Assembly (NCBI GenBank): GCA_024704765.1
Contig: JAKMXF010000133.1
Coordinates: 372,001-436,000 of the forward strand
DNA length: 64,000 bases
DNA from: Oopsacas minuta
Taxonomy: Eukaryota; Animalia; Porifera
Reading direction: 5' to 3'
Below are positions 45,740 to 55,668 of this stretch, one piece after another. The notes below the pieces were generated by a model that did not search any database, was not told where the DNA came from, and saw only the letters and a list, made by a program, of their open reading frames with translations. Each line of letters opens with the position of its first letter. The stretch's first letter is position 1. The position numbers and the translations under genes are program-made.

Positions 45740-48700
45740 ATGGCTTGCTGTTTACGGAGATCACCTAGACACATACAGCTTATACGTGCTCTCTACCCAC
45801 AAGATCCTTTAGCTGATATTCCTCCTAACAATCTTGAGCAGTTCCTATTCTTCGCCACTACCAATCAAACTCATTTGGAGGATGCATCAGATTATCTAGC
45901 TTACAGGTTGAGACGTAAGCTGCATAAGGGTAGAGAAAGGAAGGTGGAGATAACTCTAAAGATAACCATCAGTCTGGTAGATAAAGTAGACCCCCCTCAA
46001 CTAGGAACTCTACTTGACTCACTCATGCAGATGATACAGGTATTATTTTGATAGAAATAGACACGTACAATTTTTAAATAAATCTGCTTAGGTATTATTG
46101 GAATCACCAGAAGTTAGATATCAGCTGGACGCTACTCGGTTATTCCTACACTATGCAGTCAGAGAGGAGCCTACTCCGTCTCACCACCGGAACTACCAGT
46201 TCCTGGTGGAGAGATTTGGTAGTTTGGCTGTGAGTGGAGAGGAGACACGAGTCGTGTCTGGACTCCAAGCTTTGAGAGGGATTATAAGGAAAACTTCTCA
46301 ATCAGATTTACAACCTTTGTTATGGCAGCAGTTATTTTTATCTCATCTCTTGAATGCGTTTCTGTTAAATTTATCACAGTCTCACTCTGTGGTAGGAACA
46401 GGACTAGGGAATAGCGGACAGGGGAAGGTCAAAGAAAGGAGACTTAGTTTGCATCGGTAAGTTCAGAATTCAATTAAAGAATCGTATATTTGCTATTATC
46501 CATGGTTTAAATTGTGAAGCAAAAGAGACAAAAAGTGTTTCCGCCCGGGCTCGAACCGGGGACCTTGAGTGTGTTAGACTCACGTGATAACCACTACACT
46601 ACAGAAACCTAATTTTAATTTTTCTCCAAAGTCTCTTTTGAAAGCACTTGAAATTATCATTCCTATAGACGCTCCTTGAATTTGAGTTTATTAATCACAG
46701 AGCCTACTGAGGACGGATCTTCTACTCTTTCCTTCTCTCTTGCTCAGACAGGACTCCAGGAACTGCTGGATTCAGCTCAGCAACAGTCTCTGGAGCTCTG
46801 TACAGAGTGTTTTACTGAGTACATAGATGGATGTGGTCCTGCTTGTGAGACAGACATGGAGTCTGTAGGTGCTGACCTTGATCCTATCTTCTCTTTCTTT
46901 ATAACTTCTGTGAAAGACCCTCTCCGCTACCTCGTATTGAAGGCTTATCTCAGGACTCTATCTTCTGCTAAAACTGTCCCAATTCAGCTCATTCAGGTAT
47001 GAAGTATCGTAATATTTACATTTAATAGATATCTCATTTGATGGTAGTGTCCTTCCTTTTTCAATTACGACTTTTAACAATATATAGCAAAGTCCCGTTA
47101 CAACGATTGATTCTTGATTCCCCATTCTGCGCGAATTTATTTCCTCCCCCTTACAACAAAATTCCGTTTATAAGGAATGAAATCGGAGTCCCGAGTACTT
47201 CGTTAGCACGAGAGTTTACTGTATTATTCACATCAACTTTTTGAAATATTCTAGCTATAAATGGCCATAATTTAGCTTGTATATGACTAGATATATGCTA
47301 GCTACAAACACTACCAACATATAAATATAGCAATTACCAACACCATATATATACCCAAATTTGTATATTATGTGATTTCTATAAGTATAGCAGGTAAGTA
47401 GCATTGCAGGATGGCATATAGCACACTGACTTCACGACAATATAGAACAAAACCACAGGAAATTCTATCATTTCTCCCTTCAGAGATGAAGAAGCCAAGA
47501 ATTAAAATGCTTCCTTCTAGAAGCACTTTTGATTCTCTATATATCCCAGTTATGACGTCACCAACTTTGCTCCCTCTTAATTCCGAGGCACACAGACATA
47601 TACAGCCTGTATCAGACTCTACAAATATGTTCAAACCTCTCTGCTTCAGTCCAGATACTCCTGCTTTAGAAATAGATCTACCTCAGAGAATTAAATTCTG
47701 TTGTATGCCAGCCTTCTCTATCAAGAGTCAATCATCTCCCAACAGATTAGAGAGAGATATGCATATTCAGCAGCTACAACCTGATCAGCCTAAACCTTAT
47801 GTACTGCATTCCAAATGCAGCTCTCTGTCTCTAGACAACATTAAGACACCCGGTTCTTCTAAATTTGATATGGAGCTTGAATTAGATTACATAAATGAGA
47901 GATCAATACTCCGTCTAGACTCTATTTCCCTTACTCTCCCTCCTTTACCTCCTCTATCTTCACATCCATGTACTCTACATCAATCCTCACTACTCACAGG
48001 TCACACTAATACAGTTAGAGGGTTCCTACTGAGAGGTCCTATTAATCTATCCCTGCTAGAAACCGCATTAAGCTCTACAGCTGATCAGCACACACTACTA
48101 TATGCTACCTTCTCTCTGAGGGACACACCCTCATTCCAACTTTCAGATGAACGGGGTCCACTCAGGGTGGAGCATGCTACTATTAGTGCCTGTAATCCTG
48201 ATGAATTACTTGAGTTAGGATTGTCTACCGACTTTTCACACCTTCTCTTCTCACAAAATGAAGCAACCCAGCCTCTTATAAAGGTGTGTCTGTACTCATT
48301 TGGTAGCAATGAGCATGTTGTGGTGATATCCTCTCCAGCTGTTGTATCTGATTTCTATTCAATCACTCTATTCACTAGACAATTCTGTTCTATTTATTGT
48401 CAGCTGATTAAGTCCGCCAAATCTTCGGTTAGGAAACCTCCTGCGAAATTTCACACTAATTCACCTCTACTTTCTAAAAAGAAAAACAAAGAATTGAGTG
48501 TTTTACCTACGAAACATTGTCCGATGAGAAGTGTATCTATCAGTACAAACAATACAAGATTCTCCCAAACAGCTGTTCATGAATCAATGCTCCTTAAATT
48601 CACACCTCTCCCTGACTGTATACAAGCATGGTATCGACAGCTGTTAATGTTTTCCTCCTCAGACAGACTCGTCTCTCAAGCTAGAGTCCCTCACTACTTC

Positions 48701-51376
48701 TCTAAAGAGGGAAAAAGCGCAGTAACAAAACCGCGATTACGCAGTGCAATGCAGAAGAGTGCTTCTGATAGAAAACCAGCTGACTTCCTGTCATTAGAGA
48801 TAGACAATGAAATGACATCATCATTCTTAGAACTGATGCAAGTACGAAGTTCACACGGTGTTCCTGGGAGAGATCAGCTGTTTGTCCTGTCCCTCACAGC
48901 GTACAGCTTGTTACTAGCTGTATATTTCCGCGGATTGAGTGAACACACATTAACTGCAGGTGTTGTTGAGAAAGAGGTAACTTCTTTTGCTAAGAAATCT
49001 CAGAGAGTTCCTCTACAAAGCTCACTTCTATTCAATCACGAAAAGATGCAACTCAAATCTGCCAAAAAGCGTCAGTCACTTGCTCGTTCAGAAGCTTGTA
49101 TATTCACGATAGGCCTGTCTAACTCGTGTCGGTATCTATGTAATCCCCTCCGTAATTTATTTGCTCCACTCACCTACTTGTCTTATTTCCGTGTCGACCT
49201 TAATGACTGTTATACATTCTATGATTTCTTGTTATCCATCGCAAAATCTCTCGCCTTCTCTCTCACATACAATCACATACCAATATATCACGTCAAAGAT
49301 GCTCTGGAAATGAAACACCCAGAGGTCCAGTTCTCATTTCTTGGTCATAACGAAATGGAACAGATTTATTCTCCAGAGGATCATTTCTGTTTGGGGGCAA
49401 GTCTAGGGGTACAGGATCATGGGGTCACAAAGTTAGGTCCTCATTGCTACATGTCTCCTCTAAATGGGAGGGGCGAAGAGAGGTGTGGATTGGAGATGAT
49501 CGCGTGGGAGGGCTCAGACTCTAGGAACCTGGGTGGGGGATTCAAGTTTGATCCAGCACGTATCAGTAAATCAGTAGTACAAGAACTGAGGACTAAACTA
49601 TCAGAGACGATTGAGTATGTCGTGGCTGACTTGGATATAACTATCCTAGAGCTTGTCAGACTACTCACGTAACTTATCGTATTCTATATCGAATTATGAC
49701 ATATTTATTTACTCGTATATTTGTATATAGATTTCAATACTATGTAATTATACGTCAAAACATATTCTAACTTCTAAATACAGATATATATTTTAGAATG
49801 TCCGTTATATTTATAGATTAAACTCCTGCATACAGCCTTACATGTTTCTGATGCAGCATCACTGGTTCCTTGTGTTTGGGAAATTCAAGATTCGGTTACC
49901 TCTCTCCTCAAACACTCTGTGTCTCGTGTCTCTACCTTAAAACAGAAGAGAAAAGTTGCGTTACGTGATGATGACAATGAATTTCTCTTGCAGGCAGTTC
50001 TTGTGGGTCTGTTGGAGAAATTGTGTGCTTGTGTAGCTGATTACCAGAAGAAAGAGACAGTAGTATATATTGTACAGAAACTACCTGAAAACTCAGCTAA
50101 TGAGGAATTCCAGCTTGCACTCGTGGAGTGTTTGTTGAAAATGTCAGCTGTTTGCAGGAAAATATCGAGGTTTGTATTATGACATATTGATTGCAATTAT
50201 TTAAAATTAGTTCCTAAATCAAAAGAATATTCTAGAACAACTTTAAGATATGATGTAATACATCTGTAAAAATATTTTAAAATAGTTTCTTTTTTCCTGG
50301 AATTTTCTAGAATAAAACCAATATTATATAAACTAAATAATTCTTCATAGAGCTAACAGTCTATCCAGCAACCTATTAGAAACACTAGTCAACCAATTCT
50401 CTTACCACTCAGCGGAAGTACAGATAGGACTACAGAAGATATTTCAAATATTCCTAGACCCGCTTCAGAACGCTGCAGACATAAGTCTAGATACAAACTG
50501 GAATACTCTCACTGAATTAGGTTTGAAAGCGAATAAGGCTTCCAAACAGGAAATTCAAATCTATAGACGACTCAAGGAGCATTTATACTGGAATTTGTAT
50601 GAGCTATGTAAATCATGTTCGAAACCCCGAATTGTGTACCCAGAGGTACACAGGACCCTGGCTATTCTGGGACTCAGTTTGGGGTTTGAGGTTGTACAGG
50701 AAGGGGTGTATCATTTTCTGATATCAATACAGGTTCTAGCGGAAGAAGACAAATCACTTAGTATGTTGATTATACACAATTTGCATTTTTTAATAAACAT
50801 TTGAAATATTTCTTTATAGATTCAGAAACACAGATTAATCTTCATAGCTTAGTTATTCTAACATTTCACTTCTTCTCTCGTTTGTCAGCTGATCCAGGAT
50901 TCATGGAGCACATCAAGGAGTTAATTTCTTTACGGTGGGGAAGCACACCATATTTGCTCCCAGAGAGAAATTTTGGAGTTGAGACTACCCCTAAACACCC
51001 TCCTATCCAATGTCCCTTATCACTTGAACTCCTGCTTAATCCTGTTAAAATAGGCATTAGTGCAGAGCGGATCACTAAACCGCGGAGAGTAAAGAGAAAC
51101 CTTACTCAGAATGAGAGTACTGACCTAGCTATAGAACCTTATCCCGCACATAGAGAACTGCTAGATTCTAAAACAGAAGATCCAATAAACTTCACAGACA
51201 TAAAGGAAGCATTGGATCCTTCACAAGGCGAGTATAGCTCTACATTTTCAGAGAGCGCATCAGGCAGAAAGCAGGCGTATCAGGTTAAGAATTCAACTTA
51301 TGAAGAACTCCTACTAGACAGTGAATCTACAGAGACAGGAGATTATAGAGCTTTTGTTAATGACGTATTAACTTGA
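45740..51376 (+). CDS. EFR3: EFR3 homolog (PI4KA complex scaffold), multi-exon: 45740-46039, 46092-46456, 46669-46996, 49817-~50160, ~50350-50760, ~50820-51376
   Basis: MACC..RH..LIRALYP.DP, YLAYRL, EEPTPSHHRNYQFLVERF, GLQALRGIIRKT, VADYQKKE resemble EFR3A/B; phases consistent for the first four exons. Confidence 0.88.
46536..46608 (-). tRNA. tRNA-Val (anticodon AAC)
   Basis: GTTTCTGTAGTGTAGTGGTTATCACG-TGAGT-CTAACAC-ACTCA-AGGTC-CCCGG-TTCGAGC-CCGGG-CGGAAACA folds as a cloverleaf; followed by a T6 Pol III terminator. Confidence 0.97.
47083..47223. mobile_element. pogo-like MITE (TACAGTAAAC.C.CG..AACG TIR) in the large EFR3 intron
   Basis: tatagcaaagtcccgttacaacga / ttcgttagcacgagagtttactgta degenerate inverted ends. 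Confidence 0.6.
47411..49672 (+). CDS. Stand-alone NRPS condensation-domain-like protein (catalytic His absent), intronless, same-strand nested in an EFR3 intron; 5' start uncertain
   Basis: FLLRGPINLSLLETAL..TADQHTLLYATF, LIKVCLY....EHVVVI, PAVVSDFYS (HHxxxDGWS position), LFVLSLTAYSLLL, IGLSN..R...NLFAP...YFRVDL..TF.DFL, HIPIYHV..AL, GGFKFDP..IS..VVQEL..L..VVAD follow the C-domain consensus in order. Confidence 0.8.
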   Translation: MAYSTLTSRQYRTKPQEILSFLPSEMKKPRIKMLPSRSTFDSLYIPVMTSPTLLPLNSEAHRHIQPVSDSTNMFKPLCFSPDTPALEIDLPQRIKFCCMPAFSIKSQSSPNRLERDMHIQQLQPDQPKPYVLHSKCSSLSLDNIKTPGSSKFDMELELDYINERSILRLDSISLTLPPLPPLSSHPCTLHQSSLLTGHTNTVRGFLLRGPINLSLLETALSSTADQHTLLYATFSLRDTPSFQLSDERGPLRVEHATISACNPDELLELGLSTDFSHLLFSQNEATQPLIKVCLYSFGSNEHVVVISSPAVVSDFYSITLFTRQFCSIYCQLIKSAKSSVRKPPAKFHTNSPLLSKKKNKELSVLPTKHCPMRSVSISTNNTRFSQTAVHESMLLKFTPLPDCIQAWYRQLLMFSSSDRLVSQARVPHYFSKEGKSAVTKPRLRSAMQKSASDRKPADFLSLEIDNEMTSSFLELMQVRSSHGVPGRDQLFVLSLTAYSLLLAVYFRGLSEHTLTAGVVEKEVTSFAKKSQRVPLQSSLLFNHEKMQLKSAKKRQSLARSEACIFTIGLSNSCRYLCNPLRNLFAPLTYLSYFRVDLNDCYTFYDFLLSIAKSLAFSLTYNHIPIYHVKDALEMKHPEVQFSFLGHNEMEQIYSPEDHFCLGASLGVQDHGVTKLGPHCYMSPLNGRGEERCGLEMIAWEGSDSRNLGGGFKFDPARISKSVVQELRTKLSETIEYVVADLDITILELVRLLT

Positions 51377-51637
51377 GATTGATAGATGTCAGTGAATGCT
51401 ATAGTATGGTTTGTTTGTTCACATATTGCTTGCATGGTGTAAATATATCAATCCCGACATGATTGCTCTAAAATACCTGTCTATACATTTATTAAATACT
51501 ATACCTAATTCTCACTCAATGCTCCAGAAGCGTAGCAAGCTCATGAAACCGGGGGCCTGATCATTGTCATCTAATATACGTAATTTTATATATTAACACT
51601 CTTGCTTCTTTATTAATTCAGCTTTTAATTATTGCAA

Positions 51638-52450
51638 ATGAGATCCTTAACGATTTTCTCTTTCCTTCTACTTATCGCTATCAACTCAGCTCAATTTGTA
51701 CGGTTTTCCTTACCAGAAAGCTCGATTACATATTTTATTTGTCAACTTCATGCTCCTTCTGGGCTGAATTTTTCCGCAACAGTTCCTTCTCTCAGTCTTA
51801 ATAGTAATGACAATTATTTTTATTTTGACGAAGTGGATGATCATCTCGATCCTTTGAGATATCATGGTTATCATATTCCTGATTTCTCTCTTGAAATGTT
51901 ATCAGGTTTTATTCAAGTTATGAATTTCCAAGATGAAGATTTTGAAAATATTTCCTGTTTCCAATATCTTAATGATGACACTCTGATGCAACATCACTTA
52001 TCAATGAATTATTTATTGCAACCCGGCGAACTTACTACCACAACCCCTGTTGTTCATCCTTCAGATAACCTACCCACAACACAATTACCGATATCCTACA
52101 TGCCACCAACTTCTATGACTAATAATATTCCAGAATCACAAATTTGGAAATATCTCGCTATTTCCTTAGCTGTCATTTTGATACTCTTTCTTTGCTGTTG
52201 TGTGGTACGAGGTTGTATAGCACTACTGTTAATTTTCTCTTATTTTATCAGTATTTTGAGACATAATTCATGTAGTTATGACGCTCGTAATGATGGCAGT
52301 ATTGCTCCATCACTGATTGAAAGCAAAATACTCGTTGATACTGCTGAACATGTGCATGTCGAACTTGGAGATATAAATCCACTTACAAATTCTCATGATC
52401 CTGATTTTCATCCTGACGATAGGCAGGAAGATGAATCCAATCAAACATAG
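51638..52450 (+). CDS. Single-pass receptor: signal peptide, Ig-like domain, T/P stalk, TM; intronless
   Basis: Signal peptide MRSLTIFSFLLLIAINSA; two Cys about 72 aa apart; TM LAISLAVILILFLCCC. Confidence 0.7.
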   Translation: MRSLTIFSFLLLIAINSAQFVRFSLPESSITYFICQLHAPSGLNFSATVPSLSLNSNDNYFYFDEVDDHLDPLRYHGYHIPDFSLEMLSGFIQVMNFQDEDFENISCFQYLNDDTLMQHHLSMNYLLQPGELTTTTPVVHPSDNLPTTQLPISYMPPTSMTNNIPESQIWKYLAISLAVILILFLCCCVVRGCIALLLIFSYFISILRHNSCSYDARNDGSIAPSLIESKILVDTAEHVHVELGDINPLTNSHDPDFHPDDRQEDESNQT

Positions 52451-52695
52451 ACCTCTACGGTTTGACTGTTTTATTTATTTTTCTGCTTTCCAGATAGGTT
52501 GTTAACTTTTTGTTTTGAGTTCATATGTTTTTATATTTTTTGAGTTAGTTACTATCTCTATATTCAATACATTATTGGTAACAGCATTATATCGGCTACG
52601 GCTATCTCATATCATTATTAATTTAATATATTTAGCATCTTGTCTAGAATATACATCAATTACCTCGACACAGAATTTTATTTTTAAGATCAATA

Positions 52696-53388
52696 ATGCT
52701 CGCTACATATTTCTTGATAATTCTGTCTATCTCCATAATTTCTGGAAAATTCCTTTCATACCCGAATAATCCATCTATTGGCGATACGGTTGTCTTAAAA
52801 TGTATGCTTAATGCTCCGGAAGGGATGATGTTCGCATCTATAGCTCCCAAATTGAAGATAAACAATTCAGGTTATCCAATCTCATTTGACAAGATAACTG
52901 AGAATCTTGACAATGATAGGTACTATGGGCTGCATCTACCAGATGAAGATCGTAGCCGTCTCAGAGGAGATATTACTATTTTCTTTATAAAAGAAACTGA
53001 TTTATACACAAATTTTACTTGTCTTGCACAATTAAACAATGACTCATTCATTGAATTAATGCTCAACATATCACAATCTGACTCAGAGCAATCTATTCCT
53101 AACTCTCCACCTACTAATACAACGTCAAATTGTACTACAGAAGAAGATGCAATTTTGAAAATTATTACTGGCTTACTTTCATTCGTGTTTTCGATAAAAT
53201 TTTCTATTTTTGGGGTGATTATATTTTGTGTAATCTGTTATCTCGCCAAAAGATATTACCCCAAAAGAACTGTTGTTCCAGAGGTAATACAAGATACAAA
53301 ATTGAAGCCTGGAAAAGAGACAGAGGATGTAGTTCTTACGAAATTCAAACCAGTTGATGGCAATGCCACACACGAAGAGGTGCAATAG
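52696..53388 (+). CDS. Single-pass Ig-like receptor, tandem paralog of 51638-52450
   Basis: Shared C.L.AP.G..F, LD..RY.G.H.PD, L.G.I and C...LN[DN] motifs; TM region then cytoplasmic tail. Confidence 0.7.
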   Translation: MLATYFLIILSISIISGKFLSYPNNPSIGDTVVLKCMLNAPEGMMFASIAPKLKINNSGYPISFDKITENLDNDRYYGLHLPDEDRSRLRGDITIFFIKETDLYTNFTCLAQLNNDSFIELMLNISQSDSEQSIPNSPPTNTTSNCTTEEDAILKIITGLLSFVFSIKFSIFGVIIFCVICYLAKRYYPKRTVVPEVIQDTKLKPGKETEDVVLTKFKPVDGNATHEEVQ

Positions 53389-53790
53389 TTTAAGTTCAAA
53401 CAACTCAGTCACTTTTTAGGTATTAAATGTTTCATTTGTTAATTTTGTTATTTCACTTCACTTCATTTCCGCATTATTGCTTAATTATTAGTTGAGAATT
53501 TGCATGCAGAATTATTAATATTTTCATACACAATAATCTAGTATGCTGTAATTTAATTGTAATTAATTCGTTGAGGTAAATAGCACACAAGCATCAAGCA
53601 GACAATAAGCCACGTGTCTATTCAATTACATTTATTTCTACATACAATAATTACATAGAAATGTTACTCAATGGTAGCTTTATTACACACTCAATGCACA
53701 TGATTCACCCTAAGGTCAAATTCAACTCTTATATAATGAACAAAATTGTAATGTATATATAATTTATACAAATATTATTACATATAAGTG

Positions 53791-54861
53791 ATGGCTGACT
53801 TATCTGATCCCTCTGAGATCCGTGTCTACACGGATGGATGCTATGACCTTGTACACTATGGACACGCTAACTCCCTTAGACAGGCAAAACAGCTGGGAAC
53901 ATACCTCGTGTCGGGTGCACACTCTGAGGAACAGATTAAATTTCACAAGGGTCCTCCCCTCTCCAAAGAGGTAGAGAGGTTCGATCAGCTGCGAGCCATC
54001 CGCTGGGTTAACGAGGTAATGGAGAGAGCTCCATACCAAATAACTCCTGAGGTTTTAGACAAGATAAACTGTAAATTTACAGTCCATGGCAATGACATAT
54101 CTCCTCTCGCAGGGGGAGCAGACTGTTACTCTATCGTTAAAGATGCAAAACGCTACAGAGAAGTACAGCGGACCGAAGGGGTATCTACCACAGAATTGGT
54201 TGAGCGTCTGCTACAAGAGAGTAAGGCTCATCACCTCGCTTCTTTCAATGGAGAGGATATTGACGTCAACAATTGGAAATGGGTACCAGAGTTGTGTACG
54301 GACGCTAATGCAATAGATCCTTGTGTAGAAGTATTCTACTATCGGTCTGCTGGTTTAAAGAAGGTTATCAGTGGTATTGGTCCTAAGCCTGGTCAAAAGA
54401 TTTGCTATACGTACGGATCATTTGATTTATTCCATCACGGTCATGTACAATTTCTGAAGAAAGCACATCAACTGGGAGATTATGTAATTGTAGGTATACT
54501 CAATGACCAGACGGTTAATTCGTATAAAGGGGGGAGCTATCCTATTTTGAATATATTAGAGCGTCTCCGCAGTCTGGTATCTTGTCGTTATGTGGATGCT
54601 GCAGTAATTGATGTACCATACAAACTGAATGGAGATATTCTAGACTTTTTCAAACCAGACGTTGTGGTGCATGGAGTAAACCTCTCGGAAGATTTCTTAG
54701 AAAAAGACCCGTACCAGTTAGCAAAAGACCGCGGTATTCTCAAAATCTTATCATCAGGCTCAACACTTACTTCCACTGATCTGATGGCAAGAATTGTAGA
54801 AAATCGTGTTGCTTATGTAGAGCGGAATAAAAGGAAACTGAAGAAGGGAGATGCTAAATAG
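53791..54861 (+). CDS. PCYT2: Ethanolamine-phosphate cytidylyltransferase (two cytidylyltransferase domains), intronless
   Basis: DGCYDLVHYGH, HKGPP, RTEGVSTT; second domain GSFDLFHHGH, YKGGSYPILN..ER. Confidence 0.95.
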   Translation: MADLSDPSEIRVYTDGCYDLVHYGHANSLRQAKQLGTYLVSGAHSEEQIKFHKGPPLSKEVERFDQLRAIRWVNEVMERAPYQITPEVLDKINCKFTVHGNDISPLAGGADCYSIVKDAKRYREVQRTEGVSTTELVERLLQESKAHHLASFNGEDIDVNNWKWVPELCTDANAIDPCVEVFYYRSAGLKKVISGIGPKPGQKICYTYGSFDLFHHGHVQFLKKAHQLGDYVIVGILNDQTVNSYKGGSYPILNILERLRSLVSCRYVDAAVIDVPYKLNGDILDFFKPDVVVHGVNLSEDFLEKDPYQLAKDRGILKILSSGSTLTSTDLMARIVENRVAYVERNKRKLKKGDAK

Positions 54862-55032
54862 GTAACTACTATGTAGTTAGGTTGGCTCTATTATTATTAT
54901 TATTTACATTATTCGCTCCCTCACCAGTAGCCTTCATATTCTATTATTTTGATTAGTAGTTAGTGATATTTATTTATATTTATTTGTTAAAATATCTTGA
55001 AAGAATATATTTCATTGTGTATTAGAACATTA

Positions 55033-55170
55033 CATTCAACTCCTGTCATATCTGAAACGGATATATCGAATCTTGAATTGTACAAATATGGTCCCAAACC
55101 CTAAAAGTAACATATATATCATCAGTAATTATCGCGGTCCCTTGAGCTTTCGATATAACGGGAGTAATTA
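55033..55170. mobile_element. MITE family A copy
   Basis: cattcaactcctgtcatatc ... cgcggtcccttgagctttcgatataacgggag. Confidence 0.75.
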
Positions 55171-55668
55171 AGAAATTCAAACTATAAATAATTGATGGAC
55201 CACCTTAAACTCTTTCATCTCAACAGCAAACAAAATAATAATGACATTGCCAGTGGGTGTATAAATTAAATCAAATAACCATTCCTGCCCACTCGCTTGT
55301 TTTTATAACACTATACGCTAATATAGCCAGCTCATGCTATGCAATCATTTGATGATTACTGACCAATATACCACAATAGAATTGCCATGTAATTAATCTG
55401 TTGCATACAAGGAAATTAAAACTGAAGCAATCCACACACTAGTTTACGTGTGTATCATCATATTGAAATTTATATATATATTAAAGCAATTGGTAACCGC
55501 TACATGTTCTATACCCTACGTGTTATCTAGGTGAGATTACAAGTATAATATGAACTACTGACCACTTTTATGAAGTATAAATAGATCGATTCCCCAAACT
55601 CATTACCTATTGTTATATTACTATACTTGAATTACACTACCGCACTAATACAACCTAGTTATTAAGAT

